Source: an uncultured delta proteobacterium
Lineage (GTDB): Bacteria; Desulfobacterota; Desulfobacteria; Desulfobacterales; SG8-13
DNA length: 64,000 bases
Reading direction: 5' to 3'
NCBI GenBank assembly: GCA_963848135.1
Contig: CAWKCK010000001.1
Location: forward strand, 124,001-188,000
Part shown: positions 10,019 to 20,699 of the stretch, one piece after another
Layout of the letters: every line of letters starts with the position of its first letter
Position numbering within the stretch: the first letter of the stretch is position 1
The notes under the pieces: generated by a model
The model's input: the letters and a program-made list of their open reading frames with translations, nothing else
Databases searched by the model: none
Told to the model about the DNA's origin: nothing
Translations under genes and position numbers: made by a program

Positions 10019-11356
10019 TTAGCCGATCATTTTGTTCGGCAACCACAATGCCAGTTCCGGCCAGATGCACAACAAGACGATCACCAGCAGGTCAATAATC
10101 ACAAACGGGATCACCCCCAACAGTACCTTGGACATGGGCACGTCCGGAGCGATATTTTTAACGACATAAAGGTTCAATCCCACCGGGGGAGTGACCAGGC
10201 CGATTTCCAAATTGACGGTCATGATGACCGCAAACCAGATGGGATCGAATCCGAGTCCCTGGATAATCGGTAGCAGCAAAGGAGCGACCATTAAAATAAC
10301 AGCCGCCGGCGGAATGAAGCAGCCCAAAATGAGCAACAGGATATTGATCACCACGATGATCCCCCATTTGCCCAGGGGCAGTTGCAATATCAGTTCACCC
10401 AGGGCCTGGGTCGCATACAGGTCAGATGACACCCAGGCGAATACCAGGGCTGCGGCCATGATCATCAAGATCATGCTGCTCTCATTCAGCGCCTTGATAA
10501 AAATTTGCCAGAGTTGTTGCGGGCGGTAGATCTTGTAGATGGTCATCACAAAAAACAGCGACAGGACCGCGCCCAGGCCCCCGGCTTCACTCGGAGTGGC
10601 CCATCCGCCGTAAAGTGACCCCATGATGCCGATGATGATCAGTACAAACGGCAACACCTTGATCAAGGATGCAAATCTATCGGCCCAGGCGAATTTCTCG
10701 TCAACGGTTTCTATTTCCAAAAAGTACGTCGATCCCCGCTGGGCAGGCACAATCTTGCGGTAAAAAAACACGATGCCAAGCCAGGCGCAGCTGAGTACAA
10801 CCAGGAGAATACCCGGGATGACACCGGCGATAAAGCATTTGCCGATCGATGTCTCGGTAGCAACCCCGTAAAGGATCATGGTTACGCTCGGTGGAATTAA
10901 AATGCCGAACGTACCGGCATGGGCGATCAGGCCGGTGGCCAGGGCTGCCGAGTAGCCCCGCCGCCGCATCTCCGGAATACCGATACCGCCAATGGCCGCG
11001 GCGGTAGCCGGGCTCGATCCGCACAGGGCGGCAAAAATTCCGCAGCCGACCATATTGGCAATGCCAAGGCCGCCTGGGATCTTATGGAGCCATTTGTGGA
11101 GCGTTTCGTAGAGATCCTTGCTGGCGTTGGACGCGGCAATGGGTGCACTCAACAGAATAAAAAGCGGAATCGCCAAGAGGGCAAAGCTGTCCATACTGCC
11201 GTGAAGCACGTAGGGTATGGTCGATAGCAGGTGAGGGGAGAAAATAAAAATAAAGATCACTGATATGCCCGCCAATCCGGCCCAGATGGGAATTCCGGAA
11301 ATGAGCAGACCAAACGCGCTTCCAAATAGAAGGATGGCCAGTATGTATTCGTTCAT
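10019..11356 (-). CDS. dctM: TRAP transporter large permease
   Basis: LLAIPLFIL, GILIPPS, TPPVGLNL motifs; many TMs. Confidence 0.95.
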   Translation of the reverse strand: MNEYILAILLFGSAFGLLISGIPIWAGLAGISVIFIFIFSPHLLSTIPYVLHGSMDSFALLAIPLFILLSAPIAASNASKDLYETLHKWLHKIPGGLGIANMVGCGIFAALCGSSPATAAAIGGIGIPEMRRRGYSAALATGLIAHAGTFGILIPPSVTMILYGVATETSIGKCFIAGVIPGILLVVLSCAWLGIVFFYRKIVPAQRGSTYFLEIETVDEKFAWADRFASLIKVLPFVLIIIGIMGSLYGGWATPSEAGGLGAVLSLFFVMTIYKIYRPQQLWQIFIKALNESSMILMIMAAALVFAWVSSDLYATQALGELILQLPLGKWGIIVVINILLLILGCFIPPAAVILMVAPLLLPIIQGLGFDPIWFAVIMTVNLEIGLVTPPVGLNLYVVKNIAPDVPMSKVLLGVIPFVIIDLLVIVLLCIWPELALWLPNKMIG

Positions 11357-11386
11357 ACTTTGCCTTTCAGTTCAAATGATAGGAAG

Positions 11387-11962
11387 TCATTCCGATGGGG
11401 TCGCTTCCTCCCCAATCTTCACATCCGCAAGTTCCGTTGGCACTGCTTGCGCATCGATATCGCCTTGCCGCAGCCGCTCGATTTTACGCCAGATATAAAC
11501 GATATATTGCAGAAACAACAGGGTCATACCCAGCGGGAGAAACAAAAACGGAATCCAGAGCGGCGGACCCCATAGCGATTCGGAGTGCTCGTTATTGATG
11601 ACTGTTTCCCACCACATGGGCCAGGCATACCAGGCCAGAATGGCGGTAAGAATGCACGTGAAAATCGAAACAACGATCAGCGTGATCTCACGTGTTCGGG
11701 GCGAGAGGTGGATGATCACCAGATCCACATTGAGGTGGTGTTCATTCTTCTGTACGAACGGGGCGCCCACGAAAACCGTGAAGATCAGCAAGAATACCGA
11801 TGCCTCGATTTGCCAGATGGTGGACACTCCCAACAGCTTGCGGACAATGACGGCTTCGGTTACGATTAAGGCCGCCGCGACAAGGCACAATGCGGCCACC
11901 CACCCGGTGATGTAGGTCAGGCCGTCGGTGATGCGGACAAAAATTCGAAAAAGTGTTTTCAT
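11387..11962 (-). CDS. dctQ: TRAP transporter small permease
   Basis: 4 TM, HLNVDLV motif, between dctP and dctM. Confidence 0.9.
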   Translation of the reverse strand: MKTLFRIFVRITDGLTYITGWVAALCLVAAALIVTEAVIVRKLLGVSTIWQIEASVFLLIFTVFVGAPFVQKNEHHLNVDLVIIHLSPRTREITLIVVSIFTCILTAILAWYAWPMWWETVINNEHSESLWGPPLWIPFLFLPLGMTLLFLQYIVYIWRKIERLRQGDIDAQAVPTELADVKIGEEATPSE

Positions 11963-12188
11963 GGTCACCATCCGAGGGTTGGAGAGCTGATTGTTCAGCC
12001 GCCCATTCGATAGCGGCTAATGCCAGCCTCAAGCGGCACGGCCCATACCGCGATACCTGAAGGCGGTTCGAGCCTGCCCGGGTATTTCATGCTCCGATAA
12101 CGATACGGCGCCCAAAATACCCGGGCCTGTTGTCGAAACGGCCGTCCCTTGACGGGTAATGCCTGAAGCCGCTCTTTCCTTAAGAACG

Positions 12189-13202
12189 CTATTTCATGGC
12201 ATCCAGGGCCAGATCGAGATATTCCTGGCCCCCATCCACGGAATTTGCAAACTCTTTCCATGCGGTCTGTTGGGCAAACGCGAGCCATTGATCGAATTCC
12301 GGCTTGGTCATGTAATGAATCTGGACACCGGCTTTGGTATAATCAGCAATCAGTGTATCGACCAGGGTTTTAAAGTTAGGAACAACCCAATTGGCATTCA
12401 TCCATTCGGCCACTTCCAGAAAGACTTTTTGCTGCTCCGGCGTGAGGCGTTCCCAGGTCTTTTGACTGACAATCAGGTTCTCGGCCATGTACCAGATGGA
12501 ATAATCCCGGGGTGCATTGATGTAACTCAGCACCTCATAGAGTCGGTAGGAGACGAAGGAGGCCGAAGACGTCAGCATGGTGTCCAGTACACCGGTGGAC
12601 AATGCATGATACGTCTCGGATGAGGGCATGCTTGTAATTGATGCCCCGGCCTCGCGCAGCATGAATTCGAACTTCTTGCCGGCCGCCCTTAACTTTGTCC
12701 CCTTGACGTCGGCGGGCAGCTGAATCTGTCTGATTTTGCTTCCGATGCCGCCGTCAAACCAGGCCCACACGAGGTTTTTGACGCCGTTTTCCTCCATCAG
12801 CGTTTCCACTTTTTTGCCGATCGGTTTGTTGCGCCAGGTCATGCCCTGTGCAACGCTGGTGACTGCGCACGGCATGAGCGTAATGGATAATTGCGGAACC
12901 TTACCGGAAGCATAGTCAAGAGGAAATACCGACATATCCAGAGCCCCTTTTCGCAGGGCATCCCACTGTTCTTTGGGTTTATACAGTGATTTGGCGGGAT
13001 AGTAGCGGAATTTGATTTCGCCGTTGGTCTTTTCAGTGACCTTGTCGCCGAAAACGCGCGCCATTTGGTCTCGAACATCACCGGCAGCAAACTGATGCGA
13101 AACCTTCAGTGTCATCGAACCCGCGTCGGCGATTCCTGGTGTGAAAACCATCATCGCAACGAACACCGATAAAAAAGATCCATAGTACGATTCTTTTCGC
13201 AT
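12189..13202 (-). CDS. dctP: TRAP transporter substrate-binding protein
   Basis: Signal peptide, EKTNGEIKF, DVKGTKLR, ETYHALSTGVLD. Confidence 0.93.
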   Translation of the reverse strand: MRKESYYGSFLSVFVAMMVFTPGIADAGSMTLKVSHQFAAGDVRDQMARVFGDKVTEKTNGEIKFRYYPAKSLYKPKEQWDALRKGALDMSVFPLDYASGKVPQLSITLMPCAVTSVAQGMTWRNKPIGKKVETLMEENGVKNLVWAWFDGGIGSKIRQIQLPADVKGTKLRAAGKKFEFMLREAGASITSMPSSETYHALSTGVLDTMLTSSASFVSYRLYEVLSYINAPRDYSIWYMAENLIVSQKTWERLTPEQQKVFLEVAEWMNANWVVPNFKTLVDTLIADYTKAGVQIHYMTKPEFDQWLAFAQQTAWKEFANSVDGGQEYLDLALDAMK

Positions 13203-13283
13203 GCATTTTATCCCCCTTTGGTTGAAGGTTGCTGGTTACCGATATGGCATAGTCGTGGGTCGATCCGAACAATGTGTGGATTT

Positions 13284-13946
13284 TCAAGATGCTGTTTTGG
13301 ATTGCGCGACCAATGTTCCCAGCGCCTGGGCTTGGGTCTGCAAGTGCTCCCGCATCAATGATTCGGCCCTGGAATGATCGCGTTGACGAAATGCTTCCAA
13401 CAAATCACGATGCTCGCGAATGGAGCACTCGAACCGCGCCGGCAGGTTCAAAGACTGAAACCGGTAGAGCAGTATTTTTTTCCGAAGGCCGTCGACAATC
13501 TGATTAAGTGTGCGGTTGCCGGCAATTTCTTGCACAAACGAATGGTATTGATTGTTGATGCGGATATATTCTTCCTGGTCGCGTCGCTCGAAATTTTCTT
13601 CGAGTTTGGCATGCAACTTTTCGAGACGGGCAAAATCTTTGGGCGTCATTTTCTCGCAGGCTTCGCGGGCGCAGAAACCTTCCAGCAGGCTCATCACGTC
13701 GAACATTTCGGAAATTTCTTCAAAGGTTGGCTTGGTTACGAAAGCGCCTCGATTGGGAACCAGCCGGATAAGGCCCTCTACGCTCAAGACCCGGAGCGCT
13801 TCACGCAAGGGTGTTTTGCTGATGCCCATGGTTTCGCACAGCTCATTCTCGTTGACCTTGTCGCCTTCTTTGAGTTTGCCTGTCATGATCATATCTCTGA
13901 GCATGTCGGCAATCTGAACGTGATATGTGACCTTTTTAAACTTCAT
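13284..13946 (-). CDS. GntR/FCD family transcriptional regulator
   Basis: GISKTPLREALRVL HTH; FCD domain with EHRDLLEAF. Confidence 0.95.
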   Translation of the reverse strand: MKFKKVTYHVQIADMLRDMIMTGKLKEGDKVNENELCETMGISKTPLREALRVLSVEGLIRLVPNRGAFVTKPTFEEISEMFDVMSLLEGFCAREACEKMTPKDFARLEKLHAKLEENFERRDQEEYIRINNQYHSFVQEIAGNRTLNQIVDGLRKKILLYRFQSLNLPARFECSIREHRDLLEAFRQRDHSRAESLMREHLQTQAQALGTLVAQSKTAS

Positions 13947-13985
13947 TCTTAACCGACTAACATAATGAAATTATAGTGTATAATG

Positions 13986-14019
13986 TAATATATAATAATT
14001 TATAAATTATTATATATTA
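13986..14019. promoter_or_regulatory. Perfect 34-bp A/T palindrome upstream of gntR, candidate operator
   Basis: TAATATATAATAATTTA|TAAATTATTATATATTA, 40 bp upstream of the gntR start. Confidence 0.55.
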
Positions 14020-14095
14020 TATTCACGTATCTTGTTATGTGCAGGAGGTCAAACATTTTTTTATATTTGGTTCACCTGTTTTTATAGCGGTTTTC

Positions 14096-14127
14096 AAATA
14101 AACGTTCCGTTATTCGAACGTTTATTT
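14096..14127. repeat. Hairpin motif copy 1 (AACGTTC-YGTTATTC-GAACGTT core)
   Basis: 12-bp perfect stem; related copy at 17507-17556. Confidence 0.7.
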
Positions 14128-14404
14128 CTACAACTACCGGTGACACCCTTCTGTATTGCGGAATATATTTTGAAAAATTGTTTTTGTAACACTTCGTTTT
14201 TGCACGTTTATGTACGTATTCTTAATATTTTTAAATATAACAATTAATTAGCTTGCTTTCTTCCAAATAAAGGTTATCATGTGTCTAATCAATCAAGTCC
14301 TGGTTAATCAACGGGACGGTTTCTTTCTGCAGGATCAGTCCATTTGTCATCGTGGCACCCTCCAGTTTGCGACATTGAAATAATCAGGAAAGGAGGATGT
14401 TATC

Positions 14405-14605
14405 ATGATCAATGGAACTGTTAAGTGGTTTAACGACCGCAAAGGTTTCGGATTCATCGAGCAGGAAAACGGAGCGGATGTGTTTGTGCATCATTCAGCA
14501 ATCAATTCTTCCGGTTTCAAGTCCCTCAATGAAGGCGACCAAGTTACATTTGACGTAGAGAACGGACAAAAAGGTCCGTCCGCTGCAAATGTCACTGTGA
14601 TTTAA
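14405..14605 (+). CDS. cspA: Cold-shock protein
   Basis: [33 protein letters not shown]. Confidence 0.97.
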   Translation: MINGTVKWFNDRKGFGFIEQENGADVFVHHSAINSSGFKSLNEGDQVTFDVENGQKGPSAANVTVI

Positions 14606-14620
14606 TTTATTTTTCTTAGT

Positions 14621-14660
14621 AAAAAGGGCATTCCTTCTAATATTGAGGGGATGCCTTTTT
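14621..14660 (+). terminator. Rho-independent terminator after cspA
   Basis: AAAAAGGGCATTCCTTC...GAGGGGATGCCTTTTT. Confidence 0.8.
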
Positions 14661-14818
14661 GTTTGGTGTGAATTTCTACTTTCATCATTCACAAAGGTCC
14701 TCGACCCAGACAAAAATAACTGTATCGGTGGATTTTAGGAAATGAGCGGTTCATATTTTGAAATATGAAAATCAACAATAAAAATGAGGAATTCTGCCCA
14801 TCGGGATTTCGAAAATAT

Positions 14819-14888
14819 AAAACCCAATGGGATTTCCAATTTCACCGCATCTACGGTGTAAAATACGTCCCGCATAGGGCACTATAAA
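14819..14888 (-). repeat. Degenerate fragment of the ~220 bp MITE family
   Basis: AAACCCAATGGGATT...CCGCATCTACGGTG...GTCCCGCATAG aligns by eye with 38362-38423. Confidence 0.55.
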
Positions 14889-15154
14889 CGACTCTATGAA
14901 GAATTGGAAATCACGAAAAAGTCCAATGAAAATTTAGAGATAGAAGTTCTGGAACATGTGCATAAAGAAATTGAGTCTGACAAGAAACAAAAATTTGCTA
15001 AAAACCGCCACACGAGGCGCACAATAAGTCTGATGAAGATTAATGATGAACTGAACAGAGAGGTTAAAGATCTAAAACGTGCGCCAAAGAATCAATGGAT
15101 AGTCTCCAATGAGACTGATGAAAATGTGGAATGATATCTGAGTGAAAGGATTAG

Positions 15155-16690
15155 TTGATGGAGATTAGAGTTCAAGATTTAATGATATCAAGCGGTGTGA
15201 CATTTGGCACCAGCGGCGCGAGAGGCTTAGCCGAAGCCATGACTGACTTCGTTTGTTATGTTTATACAGCGGGATTCTTAAAATACTTGATATCAAATAC
15301 CGAATATCAAAGAAATAATATGGAAGTGGCAATCGCCGGAGATTATAGGTCCAGCACAGATCGAATAATGGAGTCAATCCGGAGGTCTGCAGAGGATAAT
15401 GGCTTCAAGACTATCCTTTGCGGTAAAATTCCATCACCGGCAATCGCTTTATACGGGATAACCAAGCAGATACCCGCAATCATGGTAACCGGTAGCCATA
15501 TACCGGATGACCGAAACGGTATTAAATTCAACAAAATAGAGGGCGAAATACTTAAAAATGATGAAGCCGAAATTCGGAAACAAGTCGTAGTGGTCGATGA
15601 TTCCTTGTTTGACCGATCAGGTAATTTTGTAAACCCACTCATTGGACAGGGCCATGTTACAGAAGCCGCCCAGGAAATGTACATCAAACGCTACCTTAAT
15701 TTTTTTCCCAGCGGATGTTTGGATGGTTTGAAAATCGGCGTTTATCAACACTCGGCCGTGGGGCGGGACCTACTCGTAAAGATTGTTTCCAAACTCGGTG
15801 CTGAAACAATAGCGCTGAACCGGTCGGATGCGTTCATTCCAGTCGATACGGAAGCGGTTCGACCGGAAGATACACAACTGGCCAAAACCTGGGCCCGTGA
15901 ATATAACTTCGATTCAATTATCTCAACTGATGGCGACAGTGATCGTCCCCTTGTCGCTGACGAGAAAGGGAACTGGTTACGTGGGGATATCGCCGGTATA
16001 TTATGTGCCAAATATCTGGGTGCGAACGCGGTAGTTGCGCCAATCAGTTGCAATACAGCACTTGAGAAATGCGGATATTTTTCTGATATACGAAGAACAC
16101 GTATAGGGTCACCCTATGTCATTTCAGGAATGATCGAAGCAACCGAAGAGGGAAATAAATCCGTCGTCGGTTACGAGGCTAATGGCGGATTTCTAATCCA
16201 GTCTGACATTAAAAAAGATGATCGCATTTTGAAAGCATTGCCGACGCGTGATGCCGTCATCGTTCTGTTGAGCATTTTAGCTATGTCAAAAAAAGAGGGT
16301 AAAACAATATCTGACCTTGTTATCTCCCTGCCTCAACGGTATACCGCCAGCGACAAACTTAAGAATTTCCCAGCCGAAAAGAGTGAAGCTATCCTCAAGT
16401 TTTTTACTACTGAAAGGTTTAAAGAGGACAAAGAAAGGATAGAATCTGTTTTTGGCGATCAGTGCGGAAAACTCAATTCGATCGACAGGACAGATGGCAT
16501 CCGCCTGACCTTTGCTAATCAGGAAGTCATCCATCTGCGACCATCCGGCAATGCGCCTGAATTTCGCTGTTATAACGAAGCGGAAAGTAACATAAGAGCG
16601 ATGGAGCTCAACACGAAATGCATGGAAACGCTATCCCAAATGAGTGCGGATGACCAGATTTATGACCTTAAAAACAATATGGCAGAATAG
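15155..16690 (+). CDS. manB: Phosphomannomutase/phosphoglucomutase
   Basis: FGTSGARG, TGSHIP catalytic Ser, DGDSDRP metal site, GYEANGG, LRPSGNAPE. Confidence 0.92.
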   Translation: MMEIRVQDLMISSGVTFGTSGARGLAEAMTDFVCYVYTAGFLKYLISNTEYQRNNMEVAIAGDYRSSTDRIMESIRRSAEDNGFKTILCGKIPSPAIALYGITKQIPAIMVTGSHIPDDRNGIKFNKIEGEILKNDEAEIRKQVVVVDDSLFDRSGNFVNPLIGQGHVTEAAQEMYIKRYLNFFPSGCLDGLKIGVYQHSAVGRDLLVKIVSKLGAETIALNRSDAFIPVDTEAVRPEDTQLAKTWAREYNFDSIISTDGDSDRPLVADEKGNWLRGDIAGILCAKYLGANAVVAPISCNTALEKCGYFSDIRRTRIGSPYVISGMIEATEEGNKSVVGYEANGGFLIQSDIKKDDRILKALPTRDAVIVLLSILAMSKKEGKTISDLVISLPQRYTASDKLKNFPAEKSEAILKFFTTERFKEDKERIESVFGDQCGKLNSIDRTDGIRLTFANQEVIHLRPSGNAPEFRCYNEAESNIRAMELNTKCMETLSQMSADDQIYDLKNNMAE

Positions 16691-16820
16691 TTCGACATCA
16701 GTATTTGAACTATCGGTTTCCAGCGCGGAAGTTTTTAGGGCCCCGCCTACCTTGATTTAATGATAAAATATTCAGACAAGACAGCCTACCTGTAGGCGCG
16801 CGTTAGATTAGTTGATTTTA

Positions 16821-17029
16821 ACCTAATTTGAGCGATTGTCGAGGTTGCCGCAGCTACAAGGAAGATGTCGTTCCGCTATAGTCAGCTATGCGGGACGGCA
16901 TATGACGCCGCAGATGCGGCAAGACCGGCAATCCCAAGAGTTTCAAATTTTAAAATCAAACTATGATAGAATTCCTTAAATATAATGCAGTTCCCCATCT
17001 ATTTAAAATTTGAAACGCTCACTTTAGGT
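16821..17029 (+). mobile_element. MITE-like repeat, copy 1 (209 bp)
   Basis: ACCTAA...TTAGGT termini, flanked by TTA/TTA; near-identical to 26858-27098 and 38277-38497. Confidence 0.85.
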
Positions 17030-17077
17030 TTAAGATTGGCACACGCATAACTTCGCACGATGGATCAGGGGGGTAAA

Positions 17078-17383
17078 GTGAAGATTTTCATTGGCAACCT
17101 ATCCTATAATGTCACCGAAGGAGACTTGCGAAACACTTTCGAGGCGTTCGGTCTGGTCGCTTCGGCAACTGTTATCAAGGATGAACGAAGTGGTCGATCA
17201 AAAGGTTTTGGATTCGTGGAAATGCCTGAGCAGACTAAAGCTCAGCCCGCAATTTCAGCATTAAATGGGCAGGCTTTTAAAGGGAGGACGATTACCGTCA
17301 ATGAGGCTCGGCCTCACACTGAAGATCGTCGCGGTGACGATAGGGGTGGAGAGGGCAATAGGCGCGGCAAGGGGCGTTACTAA
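17078..17383 (+). CDS. RRM (RNP-1) RNA-binding protein
   Basis: KIFIGNLSY, RSKGFGFVEM, ITVNEARP, Gly/Arg-rich tail; GTG start after G-rich RBS. Confidence 0.93.
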   Translation: MKIFIGNLSYNVTEGDLRNTFEAFGLVASATVIKDERSGRSKGFGFVEMPEQTKAQPAISALNGQAFKGRTITVNEARPHTEDRRGDDRGGEGNRRGKGRY

Positions 17384-17506
17384 CGAAAAGCTGTTCTGGG
17401 CCTCAATCATTGACGATACCCATTAGATTGAGTTTACAACGATCAAGAATCCCGCAAGAAACTTTACCTTTCAAAAATTCCCAATACTGATGAAGCCTTT
17501 ATATAT

Positions 17507-17556
17507 TGGTTGGTCATAAAAACGTTCTGTTATTCGAACGTTTTTATGACCAACCA
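17507..17556. repeat. Hairpin motif copy 2 (perfect 21-bp stem, 8-nt loop)
   Basis: TGGTTGGTCATAAAAACGTTC-TGTTATTC-GAACGTTTTTATGACCAACCA. Confidence 0.75.
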
Positions 17557-17760
17557 TTTATACCGCCCATCCTTATTTCGGAATTTATTTTTGAAAAGCG
17601 GTATAATCCTAAAATTCTGAAAGCATGGGCTTTGAAACGCATTAAAAATAATTTTTCTATGCGCCAAAGCCAGATGTTACCGGCAGGATGTAATTGAAAT
17701 ATCCACTTCCTATATTCCCCCTTATTCAACAGTAAACCAGCGATAGTTACGTTTCAAAAT

Positions 17761-17908
17761 TGGTCAAATATGACCATTGGCTATATATGACCAATTGCAC
17801 TAACCGTCTCTACCCTGCCTAACCTCGTCTTTCTAATTATATTTATCAATTAAATCAGCATGATGCTGTTATAAAACCGAATGCAGGAAATTCGGCATGA
17901 ACTTTGAG
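17761..17908 (+). promoter_or_regulatory. Sigma54-type promoter with tandem TGGTCA-N4-TGACCA upstream sites
   Basis: Palindromes at 17761-17776 and 17778-17793; CGGCATGAACTTTGA (GG-N10-GA) at 17893-17907; same layout at 27186-27330. Confidence 0.65.
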
Positions 17909-18020
17909 TGCTTTGAGTTCGAAGATCGTTAATATTTCGGACGTTTCAGCTAAGACGAATAAGTAGCCCTCGTTTTAAATTACGGAATAAACGTGAAAAT
18001 CGACTTTATCGGGAGGCATC

Positions 18021-18299
18021 ATGAAAGAAACATCCGTACCCAAGGATATTGGCCAGTTGCTGGCTGAGGCTGATGAGCTTATCAAACAAATCAATACCGA
18101 TGCCATCAAAGACATGCAAGAAGAGCATCGCATCCAGTTTGAAAAGCACGCGCAGAGCTTGAAAAGGCTCAGGTCTAAAGTTCAGGAAAATATAGATAAG
18201 AAAGGAACGTTAGAGAACGGCTCATACAGCGAGGGAATGCACGAGGCGATCGACGATATTGTGAAGGCCATGAAAAACCTGGGAAGCTATTTTTCATGA
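18021..18299 (+). CDS. Hypothetical helical protein
   Basis: 92 aa, GGGAGG RBS. Confidence 0.75.
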   Translation: MKETSVPKDIGQLLAEADELIKQINTDAIKDMQEEHRIQFEKHAQSLKRLRSKVQENIDKKGTLENGSYSEGMHEAIDDIVKAMKNLGSYFS

Positions 18300-18482
18300 T
18301 GTTCGTGAATCGCCTTGAGAAGAAAATGGCGGGACGCGTCGGCAACTGAATTTGCTTTGCCGAGAACGGCAATTGGTAAATAGGCATCAAAGTTGAAATT
18401 ATACACTGCATTTCTGCGAGAAGCGCTGATCCGACCGAAAATACTCGGCCGTTAAAGCCGTCAAGCACGAAGGAGCGGGCAT

Positions 18483-20378
18483 ATGTCGAAAAGCGGAGAA
18501 AACAACCCACAGGAAAATTTTATGGATCGCCTAAGAGCCCTATTCGGTCAAAAGAAGTCACCTGATAAAAATGCCTTGCCTCCCAAAGCTCACTTCAGCA
18601 TCTGGTATGTTCTGATTGCTTTTATGGCATTATCTTACATGCAACAATATTTTTTTTCCGGTAAAGTGGAGACGATTCCTTACAGCCAGTTTAAACAATA
18701 TGTGGCCCAAGGCAACGTTGTTAAATTGACCATCGGTCCTGAATCTATTAGCGGAATGCTTAAAGGAGAACCAGGGCAGAAGTTCACCACGGTTCGCGTG
18801 AATGATCCCGGTCTGGTGAAAGAGCTGGATGAAAACAAAATTAACTATTCGGGATACTTCGAGAGTCAATTGTTGAGCATGATTCTATCCTGGGTTATCC
18901 CCATTGGCATCTTTTTCCTGATCTGGCGCTTCGCGATGAAGAAGATGGGACCGGGGATGGGAGTCATGTCGTTCAGCAAGAGCAAAGCCAAGATCTTCGC
19001 CGAAAGTGAAACGAAGGTCACCTTCGCCGATGCAGCCGGCATCGATGAAGCCACGGAAGAGCTCCAGGAGGTCGTTGAATTTTTAAGCAATCCGGGAAAA
19101 TTCCAGAAACTGGGGGGCAGGATTCCCAAAGGGGTGCTTTTGGTCGGCCCGCCGGGGACCGGCAAAACTCTTCTGGCCAGGGCCGTGGCCGGGGAGGCCA
19201 AAGTGCCTTTCTTCAGCATCAGCGGTTCCGAGTTTGTGGAGATGTTCGTCGGTGTGGGAGCGGCCCGCGTTCGCGATCTTTTCGCTCAGGCCGCTGCCCA
19301 AGCACCCTGCATCATCTTTATCGATGAACTGGACGCGCTGGGGAAGGCCCGGGGAATGAATGTCATGGGTGGGCATGATGAACGCGAGCAGACGCTTAAC
19401 CAGCTCCTGGTGGAGATGGATGGGTTCGAGACAAATAAAGGGGTCATCATCATGGCCGCCACTAATCGGCCGGAAATCCTGGACCCGGCCTTGTTACGCC
19501 CGGGAAGGTTTGATCGGCAGGTTCTGGTAGACCGGCCGGATATCAATGGCCGTGAAGCCATTTTGAAAATTCACTCCAAGAATGTGGTGTTAGGTCCCGA
19601 AGTCGATCTCCGTATGATCGCCGGCCGCACCCCGGGCTTCGTGGGAGCAGACCTGGCCAACATTATCAATGAGGCCGCGCTGTTGGCTGCTCGAAATGAT
19701 AAAGAAATGGTGGAGTTGGTCGATTTCGACGAGGCGATCGACCGTGTGGTTGCGGGTCTTCAGAAAAAGAACCGGGTGATGAATCCGCAGGAGAAAGAAA
19801 TTGTCGCTTTTCATGAGTCCGGACATGCGATTGTGGCCGAGTCTGTTGAGCATGCCGACCCGGTGCATAAGATTTCCGTTATCCCGCGAGGGATTGCGGC
19901 TCTCGGATATACCCAACAGCAGCCCACGGAGGACCGTTATTTAATGACGCGTTCGGAGCTGCTGGACCGGCTGGCCGTTCTTTTAGGCGGCAGGGTGGCG
20001 GAGGAGCTGGTTTTCGAAGAAATCTCCACCGGTGCCCAAAACGACTTACAGCGGGCTACCGACATTGCCCGGTCCATGGTTACGGAATATGGCATGAGTG
20101 ATCGGCTGGGACTGGTAGCCTATGAGCGCCCTCGGCAGCCGATGTTTCTGCCGGAAAGTTTTGCTCCCGGTAAAAATTACAGTGAAGCCAAAGCCGCCCA
20201 AATAGACGAAGAGGTCACACGGTTTGTCGAGGAAGCCCATCAACGCGTGCGTAATATCCTCTCGGAGTGGCGACCTGTCCTTGATGATTTGGCCCACCTC
20301 CTTTCGCAGAAGGAAAGTGTGCAGGGAGATGAGCTCAGAAAGATGATGTCCGAATCGAAACGTGAAAAGGTGAATTAA
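18483..20378 (+). CDS. ftsH: ATP-dependent zinc metalloprotease FtsH
   Basis: 2 [33 protein letters not shown] zinc motif. Confidence 0.97.
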   Translation: MSKSGENNPQENFMDRLRALFGQKKSPDKNALPPKAHFSIWYVLIAFMALSYMQQYFFSGKVETIPYSQFKQYVAQGNVVKLTIGPESISGMLKGEPGQKFTTVRVNDPGLVKELDENKINYSGYFESQLLSMILSWVIPIGIFFLIWRFAMKKMGPGMGVMSFSKSKAKIFAESETKVTFADAAGIDEATEELQEVVEFLSNPGKFQKLGGRIPKGVLLVGPPGTGKTLLARAVAGEAKVPFFSISGSEFVEMFVGVGAARVRDLFAQAAAQAPCIIFIDELDALGKARGMNVMGGHDEREQTLNQLLVEMDGFETNKGVIIMAATNRPEILDPALLRPGRFDRQVLVDRPDINGREAILKIHSKNVVLGPEVDLRMIAGRTPGFVGADLANIINEAALLAARNDKEMVELVDFDEAIDRVVAGLQKKNRVMNPQEKEIVAFHESGHAIVAESVEHADPVHKISVIPRGIAALGYTQQQPTEDRYLMTRSELLDRLAVLLGGRVAEELVFEEISTGAQNDLQRATDIARSMVTEYGMSDRLGLVAYERPRQPMFLPESFAPGKNYSEAKAAQIDEEVTRFVEEAHQRVRNILSEWRPVLDDLAHLLSQKESVQGDELRKMMSESKREKVN

Positions 20379-20474
20379 TCATCGATGAAGAAACAAAACA
20401 AGAGATGCCTTGAAAAAACCACGTTAAAAAACAAAATAAAATGTAGTCAAAAAGAAACCAGCAGGAGATATACC

Positions 20475-20654
20475 ATGAAATCAAGCACAAAAGACAACGC
20501 GACGGGCAAGATGCACCAAATGAAGGGTAAGATCAAGGAGGTTGCCGGGAAAATAACCGGCGATCGCGACTTGGAAACCGAAGGCAAAGACGAAAATTTA
20601 GACGGTAAGGTTCAAGAAAAGGTCGGCGAGATCAAGAAGGTCGTAGGGAAGTAA
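20475..20654 (+). CDS. CsbD family stress protein
   Basis: GKMHQMKGKIKEVAGKITGDRDLETEG; AGGAG RBS before ATG 20475. Confidence 0.9.
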   Translation: MKSSTKDNATGKMHQMKGKIKEVAGKITGDRDLETEGKDENLDGKVQEKVGEIKKVVGK

Positions 20655-20699
20655 ACATAACGGAGCAAAACAAGCACCACAGAAGAGGAGGCTTTTCAA

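Noticed and set aside
14904..15134. 76-aa ORF with TTG start upstream of manB
   Set aside because: Weak start, no RBS, adjacent to a MITE remnant; may be a sensor-linker relic and cannot be supported as a gene.
18483..20378. ftsH as an accessory paralogue
   Set aside because: Context suggests it, but the window alone cannot show that a second copy exists.
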